This document shows, piece after piece, positions 37,843 through 46,522 of a stretch of 64,000 nucleotides of DNA (positions are counted from its first letter, which is position 1; each line of letters opens with the position of its first letter). The stretch is from Thermoplasmatota archaeon (GTDB lineage Archaea; Thermoplasmatota; E2; JACPAO01; JAHFTW01). The translations under genes and the position numbers were made by a program. Where the stretch lies: NCBI GenBank assembly GCA_041601615.1, contig JBFIHX010000007.1, forward strand, positions 64,001-128,000, given 5' to 3'. Below the pieces are notes generated by a model. That model did not search any database. It was given only the letters and a program-made list of their open reading frames with translations, and was not told the origin of the DNA.

Positions 37843-39564
37843 CTAGAATCCGAAGCCAGCCCAATGCCCCCTTCTGTACTCGCCCAGACCTTCGATGGCG
37901 GCGTTGACTCGCTCGAGCTTGCCGCCGAAAAGGTTAGTTTCGAGCGGCCCCCAGTTGGTGCCCCGCGCTTCGATGTCACTTTCCATGATTTTTAGAGCGG
38001 AATCACCATGATGGTTGCTCAGCCATGGTCCGGCCGCATAGTGTGGCCGACGTTTCTCTTGGATGGCGTGGTCGGCCCGATGAAGGTTAACAATCGCGTC
38101 GAAATTATCGAATGCCTGGGCTGCATCGCCCTCGGACCCAAGCACGTCTTTTACACACTCCACCACAGCCCCTTTGAACCGCTCTCGGAGCCAGAAAAGG
38201 TTGCGCTTCGCATCTGGGATGCCTTCCTTGATTTTGCCACAAATCCGGTTTGGCTCGAACGCGAAGGGTGCCCAATCCCGGTCGCCCGGCAACCCCATGT
38301 CGTTCAATTGCAGCAAAGCCGTAACCGATTCCCATTCGTCGCGGGCAATCATCGAGGTTCCGGCCGCCCACCACGCCATGGCCGCCGGAAGCACCATCGC
38401 TTCCTCAAGTGCGCTGTTCCACGGGCTCACGGTTCGGTTGTATGAAGACGCGTTTCGGAATGGCCGCTCAAGGTGCGGGGTGCTATTGGGGACCCAGAAC
38501 GCGGTCGTACCGCTGATCGCAGCGAAGATGCGCCCCTCGCCGAGAAGCGCGTGAAAGCGCGCCTCCAAGTCGACGTCCCCGCCCGAGTGGATGGGGAAAG
38601 CATCGGTGTGGAGACGTTCTTGGATATGTTTTGCTTCGCGCATCAATGAATCATGGAGGCGCATGAAAGGGGGCCCGGCTTCTATTTGCTGCTTAGTTGC
38701 TTCGACTGCAAGCCCGATGGACAGGGGAGTGCCCTCGCCCAAGCGCGCCAGGCTGGCTACGGAATCAGATAAACCCCCAAAAAATTCGTCGGCCGGGCCC
38801 ACCGGCGCGTATGGAATCTGCTGTCGAGTGGAAATCTCCTTGATGGCGTCGCTCGCTTCGCCTCGGCCTGCCCACAACGACTCGAACCGACGTGATTGCC
38901 GTGCCTCAATCAAGGACAATAACGCCGTGTCGTGTTCGGCACTCCATCCTGATATGAGTAAACCATGCTCTTCAAGAATGCGGGCGACGAAATTTGCAAG
39001 GTCGCCATGATACTCGGCCAACTCATCCTGGGTGTTAAGGAATCCAGGGTCTTTGTAGTCCCCGTTGACCTTTACTACAACCACGCCGGATTGGCTGACC
39101 GGCACGGCGCCTGCTGCCTGCGATGGATTGCTAATTACAACGGGTTCAATGCCCTGCTCAACCAACGCGGCTTCCATTAGCCTGTCAAAATTCGTAGTCA
39201 AAATTACCTTGAGGTAACCCCCCGCTGCCAATTCTGCAATGGCTCGATGGGCCGCCGTTGGCTCGGGAATCTTGCCGTCCGGTTCAAAATAGCCGGCCAG
39301 TAAAGCGACGCGCTGTTCCTTCGAATTGGCTAGATCTTGGATAATCTCCGAGTACTGGGCCGGCTTGCCAAACGTTTCCTGGAACCATTGGAGCGGGGTG
39401 GCGGGGTCTTGAGCTTGGGCTGCTGCGATACGCCGTGCAAGATCCTCGACAACCTCGTACCCAGTTGGAATCTTTGCGGCGCGGCTTGCACCTGACCCCA
39501 GGAGCACCGCGATGCTCCCTGGGCGGTCATGCATGGCCATTGCAATGCGTACGGCCGGGTTCAT
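37843..39564 (-). CDS. SIR2-like (SIR2_2) domain protein with unknown C-terminal region; candidate defence NADase
   Basis: LLGSGASRAAKIPTG, PTAAHRAIA, LTTNFDRLME, KVNGD, ISGWS. Confidence 0.88.
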   Translation of the reverse strand: MNPAVRIAMAMHDRPGSIAVLLGSGASRAAKIPTGYEVVEDLARRIAAAQAQDPATPLQWFQETFGKPAQYSEIIQDLANSKEQRVALLAGYFEPDGKIPEPTAAHRAIAELAAGGYLKVILTTNFDRLMEAALVEQGIEPVVISNPSQAAGAVPVSQSGVVVVKVNGDYKDPGFLNTQDELAEYHGDLANFVARILEEHGLLISGWSAEHDTALLSLIEARQSRRFESLWAGRGEASDAIKEISTRQQIPYAPVGPADEFFGGLSDSVASLARLGEGTPLSIGLAVEATKQQIEAGPPFMRLHDSLMREAKHIQERLHTDAFPIHSGGDVDLEARFHALLGEGRIFAAISGTTAFWVPNSTPHLERPFRNASSYNRTVSPWNSALEEAMVLPAAMAWWAAGTSMIARDEWESVTALLQLNDMGLPGDRDWAPFAFEPNRICGKIKEGIPDAKRNLFWLRERFKGAVVECVKDVLGSEGDAAQAFDNFDAIVNLHRADHAIQEKRRPHYAAGPWLSNHHGDSALKIMESDIEARGTNWGPLETNLFGGKLERVNAAIEGLGEYRRGHWAGFGF

Positions 39565-39650
39565 ATGTTGCCATCCGCGCCCCCGTTTGAAGCGTTGCCT
39601 GCCTTTGGCAGATTGCAATAATCAACTGGCGCCCAAGCCCGCAGCCCGCA

Positions 39651-39684
39651 AGATAACTAGGAATTATGCCGACGCGGCATAACC
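39651..39684 (-). other. attI-like cassette insertion site
   Basis: Minus strand GGTTATGCCGCGTCG-GCATAAT-TCCTA-GTTATCT; core GTT marks the start of the SIR2 cassette. Confidence 0.55.
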
Positions 39685-39826
39685 ATGCCCCGCCCGCCCG
39701 TTCCGCCACACGCAATGTTGGCACCAGGGCATTCCCCCTGCCCCCGGCTTTGCAATAGCTCGTGCAATCATCGGGAATCTAGGCGAGTGTCGAATAGATG
39801 AGGAGGAAGAGGAGGGGCAGAGGTGT

Positions 39827-40735
39827 CTACGCCAACCCAGCTTCCGCCAGAATCGCCCTCGCCGTAGGCGCCATGCCTTTGTCGTTGCCTTTGGCTGCTG
39901 CCTTGACAACGTTGGCTTGCGCTTGGCCCATCGTGGTGCGGATTTCTTCGTAGAAGACGCCGGTGACGAACGGGGCGCCCATGGCGGCGACTACGGCGGC
40001 GGTTTTGTCCGTCTTGTCGTGGGCGGGGTTCAGGTCGGTTTGCTCGCTGCGGGCCTTCTCGTAGATGTCGTGGAAGGTAACACAGGGGCTGATGACCTGG
40101 ATGAAGGAGTAGCCGGGGTGTTCGAGGCCTTGCTTGATGAGCTCGACGAGTTCCTTCATTTTGCCGCTGTAGCCACGGGCGACGAACGAGGCGCCGGCCA
40201 TGATGGACAGGGCAAGCGGGTTCAGGGGCACGTCGCTGCTGGTGGCGGCGGTGTTGAAGGGCGTGGACTTGGTCTTGAGGCCGATCTCCGAGGTGGGACT
40301 GGCTTGTCCCTTGGTGAGGCCGTAGATTTCGTTGTCCATCATCACGTAGGTGATGTCAGGGTTGCGGCGGGCCGCGTGCAGGAAGTGGCCGGCTCCGATG
40401 GCCATGCCGTCGCCGTCGCCGCCCACTGCGAGGACGGTGCGTTCGGGTTGGGCAAGCTTCGTGCCGATGGCGACCGGGAGGGCGCGTCCGTGGCAGGAGT
40501 GGAAGCCGTAGGCGTTCATGAAGTGGGGGAAGCGGCTGGAGCAGCCAATGCCACTGATGAAGACCGTGTCTTCGGGGAGTTTGCCGAGTTCCGCAAGGGC
40601 GCGTTGCATGGCGGCGAGTACGCCAAAGTCACCGCAGCCGGGGCACCAGACGGGGGGAAGGCGTCCCTTGTAGTCCTTGGGCTTTAGTTGCGTGGTTGCG
40701 GCGGCCGCGGGTGCGGCGGGGGTGGACTCGCTCAT
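39827..40735 (-). CDS. korB: 2-oxoacid:ferredoxin oxidoreductase beta subunit
   Basis: WCPGCGDFG, GIGCS, HGR, GGDGD, DNEIYGLTKGQASPT, SPCVTF. Confidence 0.95.
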   Translation of the reverse strand: MSESTPAAPAAAATTQLKPKDYKGRLPPVWCPGCGDFGVLAAMQRALAELGKLPEDTVFISGIGCSSRFPHFMNAYGFHSCHGRALPVAIGTKLAQPERTVLAVGGDGDGMAIGAGHFLHAARRNPDITYVMMDNEIYGLTKGQASPTSEIGLKTKSTPFNTAATSSDVPLNPLALSIMAGASFVARGYSGKMKELVELIKQGLEHPGYSFIQVISPCVTFHDIYEKARSEQTDLNPAHDKTDKTAAVVAAMGAPFVTGVFYEEIRTTMGQAQANVVKAAAKGNDKGMAPTARAILAEAGLA

Positions 40736-42492
40736 GCGTAGGCCTCCTTGGTGGGCATCTTGGCGTCGATCTCTTGCAGCTTCTCCAGGACTTCAAGCCA
40801 GGAGACGGGGGTGCCGTGGACCTTGTTGAGGCGGTGGTAGTTGCGTGCGACTTCCTTGCGAAGCAGGCCCTCCAGTTGTCCCGTGTAGTTCATCTCGACG
40901 ACCACGACCTCTTTGGCGGCGGCGATCTTTTCGAGGAAACCAGTGCGGGGCAGGGGGTTGAGGATCTTGGGCACGAGGTAGCCGACAGACTTGCCTTCTT
41001 GGATCATGTGCTGGACGGCTTCCTTGACGGGGCCTTTGCTGCTGCCCCAGGTGATGACCAGGAGATCGGGGTTCTCGTCGCCGTATGCTTCGAGCGCCAT
41101 GGGGTATTGCCAGGCGTCCGCGATCTTGCCCATGCGCTTCTGCATCATGGCGGTGTGGTTCTCGCCCGTGTAGGTCGGATCACCTTTCTCGTTGTGCTCC
41201 AAGCCTTCGGCGACGTGCATGCCGCCCGGTTGGCCAGGGATGGCCTGGGGCGAAACACCGGAGGGGGTGAGCTTGTAGCGCTTGTAGTCCTCGGCGCGGT
41301 CCTCGTCGCTGGCAAATTCGCGGCGAATGATCGGCACGTCGCCCAGTGCGGGGACGGCGAGGTTTTCGCGGCGGTTGGCGAGCGCGTGGTCGGTTGCGAG
41401 AATGACCGGGACTTGGTACTTCTCGGCGAGGTTGAAGGCCCAGATGGTTTGGTAGAAGCAGTCGCGCACGCCACTGGGGGCGAGGACAATGCGGCTGGCT
41501 TCGCCGTGGCTGCCGTAGACCATTTGGTTCAAGTCCGATTGCTCGGGCTTGGTGGGCAGGCCGGTGCTGGGTCCGCCGCGCATGGCATCCACGACCACGA
41601 GGGGTAGTTCGAGGGTGCTGGCGTGGCCGAACATTTCCTGCATGAGGCTGAGTCCGGGGCCGCTGGTGGCGGTCATGGACTTCTTGCCTGCGTAGGAGGC
41701 GCCGACACACATGCTGATGGCGGCGATTTCGTCCTCGGCTTGGATCAGGGTGTTGCCGAACTTCGGCATTTCCTTGGCCAGTTCTTCGAGGATGCTGCTG
41801 GCGGGGGTGATCGGATAGCCTCCGAAGAATTCCACGCCGGCGACAAGGGCGCCGAGCACGATGGCGTCGTTGCCGTTGATGAGGATGCGGTCATCGTCGC
41901 CGCCCACCACTTGCAGGCTGTCGGCGTGCTGGCGGGGGATGGTCGCGATGTATTGGTACGCAGCGTCCACGGCCTCGTCGTTTTTGTCGAGGATTTTGGG
42001 GTTCTTGCCCTTGAACTTCTTGCGTACTGTTTTCTTGAGCGAATCGGCAGGAAGGTCGTACAGGGAGGCAAAGCATGCCACCGCGAAGACGTTCTTGCTC
42101 TTGGGCGAACCGACCATCTCTTTGACGAGGCGGTCGAAGTCAATTTCGTAGACGGTCAAGTCGGGTTTTTCGGGAACCGTCTTCACTTGTCCGGGGTCAT
42201 AAATCAGGACGCCGCCGGGGCGCACGGCGCCGAGGTGCTTGTCGATGCCTTCTTGGTTGAAGGCGACAAGAACGTCGACGGCGCTGCCCGCAGACAGAAC
42301 CTCCTCACTACTGGCACGCAATTGGTACCAACAATGCCCGCCTTTGATTTCAGCGGGGTAAGACTCGAACGTGAATACGTTGAAACCGATGTCACTAATG
42401 GCAAGCGTAGCGATCTCGCCTGCCGAAATGACACCTTCACCTGACTCGCCGGCGACCCGGAACGTGAAGCTGGGGATAGGCTTGCACCTCAT
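40732..42492 (-). CDS. korA: 2-oxoacid:ferredoxin oxidoreductase alpha subunit (gamma-alpha fusion)
   Basis: GESGEG, YPAEIKGG, GYPITP, QAEDEIAA, TSGPG, RGGPSTGLPTK. Confidence 0.95.
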   Translation of the reverse strand: MRCKPIPSFTFRVAGESGEGVISAGEIATLAISDIGFNVFTFESYPAEIKGGHCWYQLRASSEEVLSAGSAVDVLVAFNQEGIDKHLGAVRPGGVLIYDPGQVKTVPEKPDLTVYEIDFDRLVKEMVGSPKSKNVFAVACFASLYDLPADSLKKTVRKKFKGKNPKILDKNDEAVDAAYQYIATIPRQHADSLQVVGGDDDRILINGNDAIVLGALVAGVEFFGGYPITPASSILEELAKEMPKFGNTLIQAEDEIAAISMCVGASYAGKKSMTATSGPGLSLMQEMFGHASTLELPLVVVDAMRGGPSTGLPTKPEQSDLNQMVYGSHGEASRIVLAPSGVRDCFYQTIWAFNLAEKYQVPVILATDHALANRRENLAVPALGDVPIIRREFASDEDRAEDYKRYKLTPSGVSPQAIPGQPGGMHVAEGLEHNEKGDPTYTGENHTAMMQKRMGKIADAWQYPMALEAYGDENPDLLVITWGSSKGPVKEAVQHMIQEGKSVGYLVPKILNPLPRTGFLEKIAAAKEVVVVEMNYTGQLEGLLRKEVARNYHRLNKVHGTPVSWLEVLEKLQEIDAKMPTKEAYA

Positions 42493-42702
42493 AGTCTGCC
42501 CTGGGTACAGACCTATTTCCGGCCACTTCTGTTGCTTATTAAAGTGTTCAGGATGGAACTCGTCCGACCGTGGCGAGGTTGGCGCGGGCTATTCCGCCGT
42601 GCCAAAGCGCTTGGGGGTTGATGGGTTCACCCGAATGGGGCTGTGTTCGTGCCTCAGTCCGGGGGGCTCGTTGCGGGTCGATGATGACGGCTTCGGGCAC
42701 GT

Positions 42703-44184
42703 TCAGTGGCGGCGACGGGCAACCACGACGGCGGCGCCGAGTCCTGCGAGAATGCCGAGGGCTCCGGGGCCGGGGCTGTCCTTCTTTACGTCGGGGTCCG
42801 CGGTGGTGGGCGCGGCGGTGTCGTTGGCGGTGACTCCGCCGACGTTTACCTGCAATTCCCAGGTGCGGTCCTTTTGTTGGGAGCCTTCGAGCCAGCTGAT
42901 GGTGCCGTTGACTTGGTAGATGCCGTGCGGGACGTCGGTGCCGGGGCGGACGGTGAATTCCTGTTGTTGGTCTTCGCCGGGGCCGATGGCTTGGTGTTCG
43001 CGCCAGGCGACGCTCCATGCGCCGGGGGCTGGGGCTTGGGTGCTTTGGACGATGGGGTCGTCGTAGCTTGTGAACGGGTGGCCGGTGGCGCCACCGAGGT
43101 TGCGCATGGCGAACTGGAACACGGCGGCTTCCCCGGGAGAGACTGTCTTGGTTTGTTCGTCTACGCTGATTTGGAGGCGCGGTACGTCGAGCGTAATGGC
43201 GCCGCCGCCGGCGCTGCCGATGTGGATTTCTTTCTGGGCTAGGTTGCCTGCAAGGTCGCGGGCTTCCACGCGCACCACGTCGCTGTCTAGGATGGGGCGA
43301 CCTGAGAGGGCCCAGGCTTCGCCGAGGGGGCCGCAGGTCTGGGGAGGTTGTTGGCTGCATTCGTTCGCGACGGTGCTGCCGGTGCCGTAGGGGCCGTAGC
43401 CGGGCAGCAAGTCGTCGTCCCAGATGCGCCCTTCAAAGGGAGTCATGTTCTGAACGGCGCCGTCCTTTTGGTGCACGAGTTTGCCGTTGATGAACACCCG
43501 CAGTTCGGAGAGGGGTTCGGCAAATTCGAGGGTGAGGGTGGAGCCGGCGGGGGCGGCGTTCTTGCTGATGTCCAGTTCACCGTCGCCAGGAAGCATAATG
43601 GCCCAGGGCTCCGTCTTGTCCTGGGCTTGGTGTTCTGCGGTGGGGTACGGTTCGTCGTTGCAATAACTGGGCGCCGGTTCGGTGCAGTTGTCGACGACGG
43701 CGAGGGTCCAAGCGCGTGCGATTTCGTTGTCGTTGGCGTCGTAGGCGTGGACTGCGGCCATGTAGTCGCCATCGGGGACGAGGGTCGTTTGGAGGTTGAT
43801 GAAGAAGCCGTCCGAGGGGTCAATGTCGGCGCGGTAGTTGATGATGTAGGGGCCGCTGGGAATCCAGGGCTCCATGGCGCAGACTTCTGTTTCGCTGGCC
43901 ATCTGGGACACGGGGCTGAAGCTGAAGCCGAAGGTGGCAATTTGGTCGGCGCCGTCGCCGATGGCTTGGAACTGCGCAAAGAGCTGTCCTTGCGCGTGCA
44001 CTTTGCCGTCGCCCTTCTGTTTGAGTCCGGGGTTCAGGAAATCTAGAAGGATGTCGCCGCAGCAGTCGAAGTCGCTGTTGGCTTGACATTCGGTTCCCTG
44101 CTGGTCGAGTTCTGCGCCGGCAAACGCAGCGGGCACGGAGACTAGCAGGAGCAGGAAGCAAAGGCCGGCCTGGACCGGACGCAT
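42703..44184 (-). CDS. Secreted Cys-containing surface protein with Ig-like C-terminal domain and sorting tail
   Basis: Signal peptide; tail DSPGPGALGILAGLGAAVVVARRRH. Confidence 0.8.
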   Translation of the reverse strand: MRPVQAGLCFLLLLVSVPAAFAGAELDQQGTECQANSDFDCCGDILLDFLNPGLKQKGDGKVHAQGQLFAQFQAIGDGADQIATFGFSFSPVSQMASETEVCAMEPWIPSGPYIINYRADIDPSDGFFINLQTTLVPDGDYMAAVHAYDANDNEIARAWTLAVVDNCTEPAPSYCNDEPYPTAEHQAQDKTEPWAIMLPGDGELDISKNAAPAGSTLTLEFAEPLSELRVFINGKLVHQKDGAVQNMTPFEGRIWDDDLLPGYGPYGTGSTVANECSQQPPQTCGPLGEAWALSGRPILDSDVVRVEARDLAGNLAQKEIHIGSAGGGAITLDVPRLQISVDEQTKTVSPGEAAVFQFAMRNLGGATGHPFTSYDDPIVQSTQAPAPGAWSVAWREHQAIGPGEDQQQEFTVRPGTDVPHGIYQVNGTISWLEGSQQKDRTWELQVNVGGVTANDTAAPTTADPDVKKDSPGPGALGILAGLGAAVVVARRRH

Positions 44185-44305
44185 ACACCACATCATGGCA
44201 TCGAGGCCGCTTTGCGGGCAAAAGGGTTGTTGTCGGTTTTGGAAGTTGGAGGCTTTTGAGAAATCCCCAGTCAACGTCAAACGAGGGGGTTTCATTTTGG
44301 GGGAT

Positions 44306-44725
44306 ATGCTCCGTTCTTTGGGCGTTCTTTGCATGCTGGCGGTCGTCACTCTGGCCGTACCGACCTCCGCAGCTTCGCTGGAAAAAGACACCGATGGCCT
44401 AGGCGTGTTCCCGGTGGATTGTTTGGCCGGGTACGCAGGTTGGCAAATCCGCGATACGGGATACTTCATCGGCGACCCGATGAACCGCTTTGGCTACTAC
44501 CAACAAGTCCTGGTGTTCAACAACTTCATCCTGGTCTTCTGTGCCTTGTATGAAGTCAACTGTGCCCAGGTGTACGCCTCCGATCTCCTGATGGACTTTG
44601 GCTCCAACCTCTCCAACGGTGCCTACTTTGCGGCGGTTGCGTCGACCATTCCAAACTCCTTGGACTACGCAAGTTGCGCAACGGGCGTGCCGATGCCGAC
44701 ACCCACGGTGAACATCGCACAGTAA
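44306..44725 (+). CDS. Small secreted protein with 4 Cys in the mature part
   Basis: MLRSLGVLCMLAVVTLAVPTSA signal; 139 aa. Confidence 0.65.
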   Translation: MLRSLGVLCMLAVVTLAVPTSAASLEKDTDGLGVFPVDCLAGYAGWQIRDTGYFIGDPMNRFGYYQQVLVFNNFILVFCALYEVNCAQVYASDLLMDFGSNLSNGAYFAAVASTIPNSLDYASCATGVPMPTPTVNIAQ

Positions 44726-44984
44726 AACGACGAACATTCATTTGTTCCTTCGTCCCTCTGGGGCCATCTCCGCCTCCTTTCCCACCCCATTCTTCCTTGG
44801 CGCCCATTCGAGGCGCGGGCAGTTCCCCAGCCTCATTGGGCAAAGCGATACGCTCCCGTCCGCATCAGCGCCATGCAAAAACGGGGTCAGCGTCAAAAAT
44901 GGAGAAAGGAAGGAAAGCCGGAATGGAAGAAAGAAGGAAAATCCTGAGCAAGCGGCTATCGAGGCCCCAAGCGATGGGGGGCAC

Positions 44985-45764
44985 TCAGCTTGCGTAGGTT
45001 CGAATCAGGTCCGTCCTGGTGACGATACCTTCGATGGTGCCGCGACCGTCGACGATGGGCAGCGCTCCGACGTGGTGTTGCCGCATCAGACCCGCCGCCT
45101 CCATGGCAGTCATGTCACTGCGGCCCGTGATCACTTCGCGTCGCATCCAGTCGCCTACTTGCATGTCGCGAATGGTCGCCTTCTGGACGCTTTGGTCGGC
45201 TTCCTTGAAGCCGGCAAAGGCGCTGGCAATTTCATGCTCGGCGATGATGCCGGCAATGCGGCCACCGTCAAGCACCGGCAAACGCGCCACATCGTTGTCG
45301 AGAATCATGCGACGGGCATGAATCATGCGCTCGCCTGGACTGACGGAGTGCACTTGTCGGTGCATCAATTCCGCCAGGCGCCGATCGCTCTTGACCAGCG
45401 GCAGCAGGTCGCTCTTTGTGACGACGCCCACGAGGTGGTCGCCTTGGACCACGGGAATCATCGTCAGGCCTGGTTTGCCCACGTCGGCCAGCAGCGTTGC
45501 AAGCGGTTCGTCCGGGTGCGCGACGATGAAGTCCTTCTCCATCACGCCGCTCGCGTGGAGCGTACTGGTCTGAATGTTCTTGTTGTGGGCCCGACCCAGT
45601 TTGTCGGCAATGTGCCCATCCGTGACGATGCCTACAAGGCGGCCGTCTTCGGTCACGGGGATTTTGGTCATGTTGTGCTGCTCCATGAGAGCGAGCACGT
45701 CCTTCAGGTTGCGGTCTTTGTCCACAGTGATGAGTTCCGTGGACATTACTTCTCGTACTTTCAT
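44985..45764 (-). CDS. CBS-domain protein (four CBS motifs)
   Basis: IPV...LVGIVT, LVGVVTKSD, LPV...IAGII, LPIV...IEGIVTRTD. Confidence 0.92.
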   Translation of the reverse strand: MKVREVMSTELITVDKDRNLKDVLALMEQHNMTKIPVTEDGRLVGIVTDGHIADKLGRAHNKNIQTSTLHASGVMEKDFIVAHPDEPLATLLADVGKPGLTMIPVVQGDHLVGVVTKSDLLPLVKSDRRLAELMHRQVHSVSPGERMIHARRMILDNDVARLPVLDGGRIAGIIAEHEIASAFAGFKEADQSVQKATIRDMQVGDWMRREVITGRSDMTAMEAAGLMRQHHVGALPIVDGRGTIEGIVTRTDLIRTYAS

Positions 45765-46027
45765 AGGGTTGCGCCTCAGCGAAGCGTGCACCTGCCTCCA
45801 AGTGGGCTTTGGACCGCGCCGCCGGGAATCCCACCCGAGGTGCGCGCCCTTTGCAGTTGGTCGGTTCGATCCGGACCTTGCACGCAACCCATAGTATCAA
45901 GTTCCGAGCTTATCAGCGCTTCGTATGGACCCAGCGCCCGGGAGTACACAAGAGGGCATTCTGACCCCGAAGTAGTTTCACTGGCGTCTCCCGTTCCTTT
46001 GTAATCCACGCCAAGGCTTCCTCATTC

Positions 46028-46522
46028 GTGCCCGCCGCCACGGCCTCCCGGCCGCCGAGCAAGATCAACCGCGCCGCCAAAGGAGCCGCCATCGAACTCA
46101 AGGCGATCAAACTTCTCGAACTCGAAGGCTACACCATCCACCGCTGCATTCGAACCGGAGTACGTCGTGGCGGACTCTGGATCAGCCAAAGCAACGACAT
46201 CTTCGGCTGCATCGACCTCGTGGCCAAAAAACGCGGCGAACGCACGCGCTGGATCCAAGTCACCTCCCACAGCGGCGTTGGCCAGAAAAAAGAGGACCTC
46301 GCCGAAGTTCCATGGGACCCCATCCACGACTCCGTGGAAATCTGGCGCTGGATCGGCGGCGCGCGCCGCAAACACAAAACCACCGGCGCCTGGCTGGACC
46401 GCCAATACTTCCAAATCTACCACCTCGACGACGACTACGCCCTCGTGCCCGAGCGACGCATACGCGAACCACCCGAATGGAACCCCGAAGAAGACTGCAC
46501 CTTCGGAGGCGAGGAAGAATGA
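46028..46522 (+). CDS. Hjc-like PD-(D/E)XK nuclease
   Basis: KGAAIELKAIKLLELEGYTIHR...DIFGCIDLVA...WIQVT. Confidence 0.72.
   Translation: MPAATASRPPSKINRAAKGAAIELKAIKLLELEGYTIHRCIRTGVRRGGLWISQSNDIFGCIDLVAKKRGERTRWIQVTSHSGVGQKKEDLAEVPWDPIHDSVEIWRWIGGARRKHKTTGAWLDRQYFQIYHLDDDYALVPERRIREPPEWNPEEDCTFGGEEE

Larger units (their letters stand above)
36832..39657 (-). mobile_element. Integron-type gene cassette array (two cassettes), no integrase in window (CALIN-like)
   Basis: Two attC sites, co-oriented ORFs, complementary cassette ends, composition departing from flanks. Confidence 0.88.

Noticed and set aside
45900-46010. c-di-AMP riboswitch, SRP RNA or RNase P RNA
   Set aside because: Only a short AGGAACGGG resemblance; the other conserved motifs are absent.
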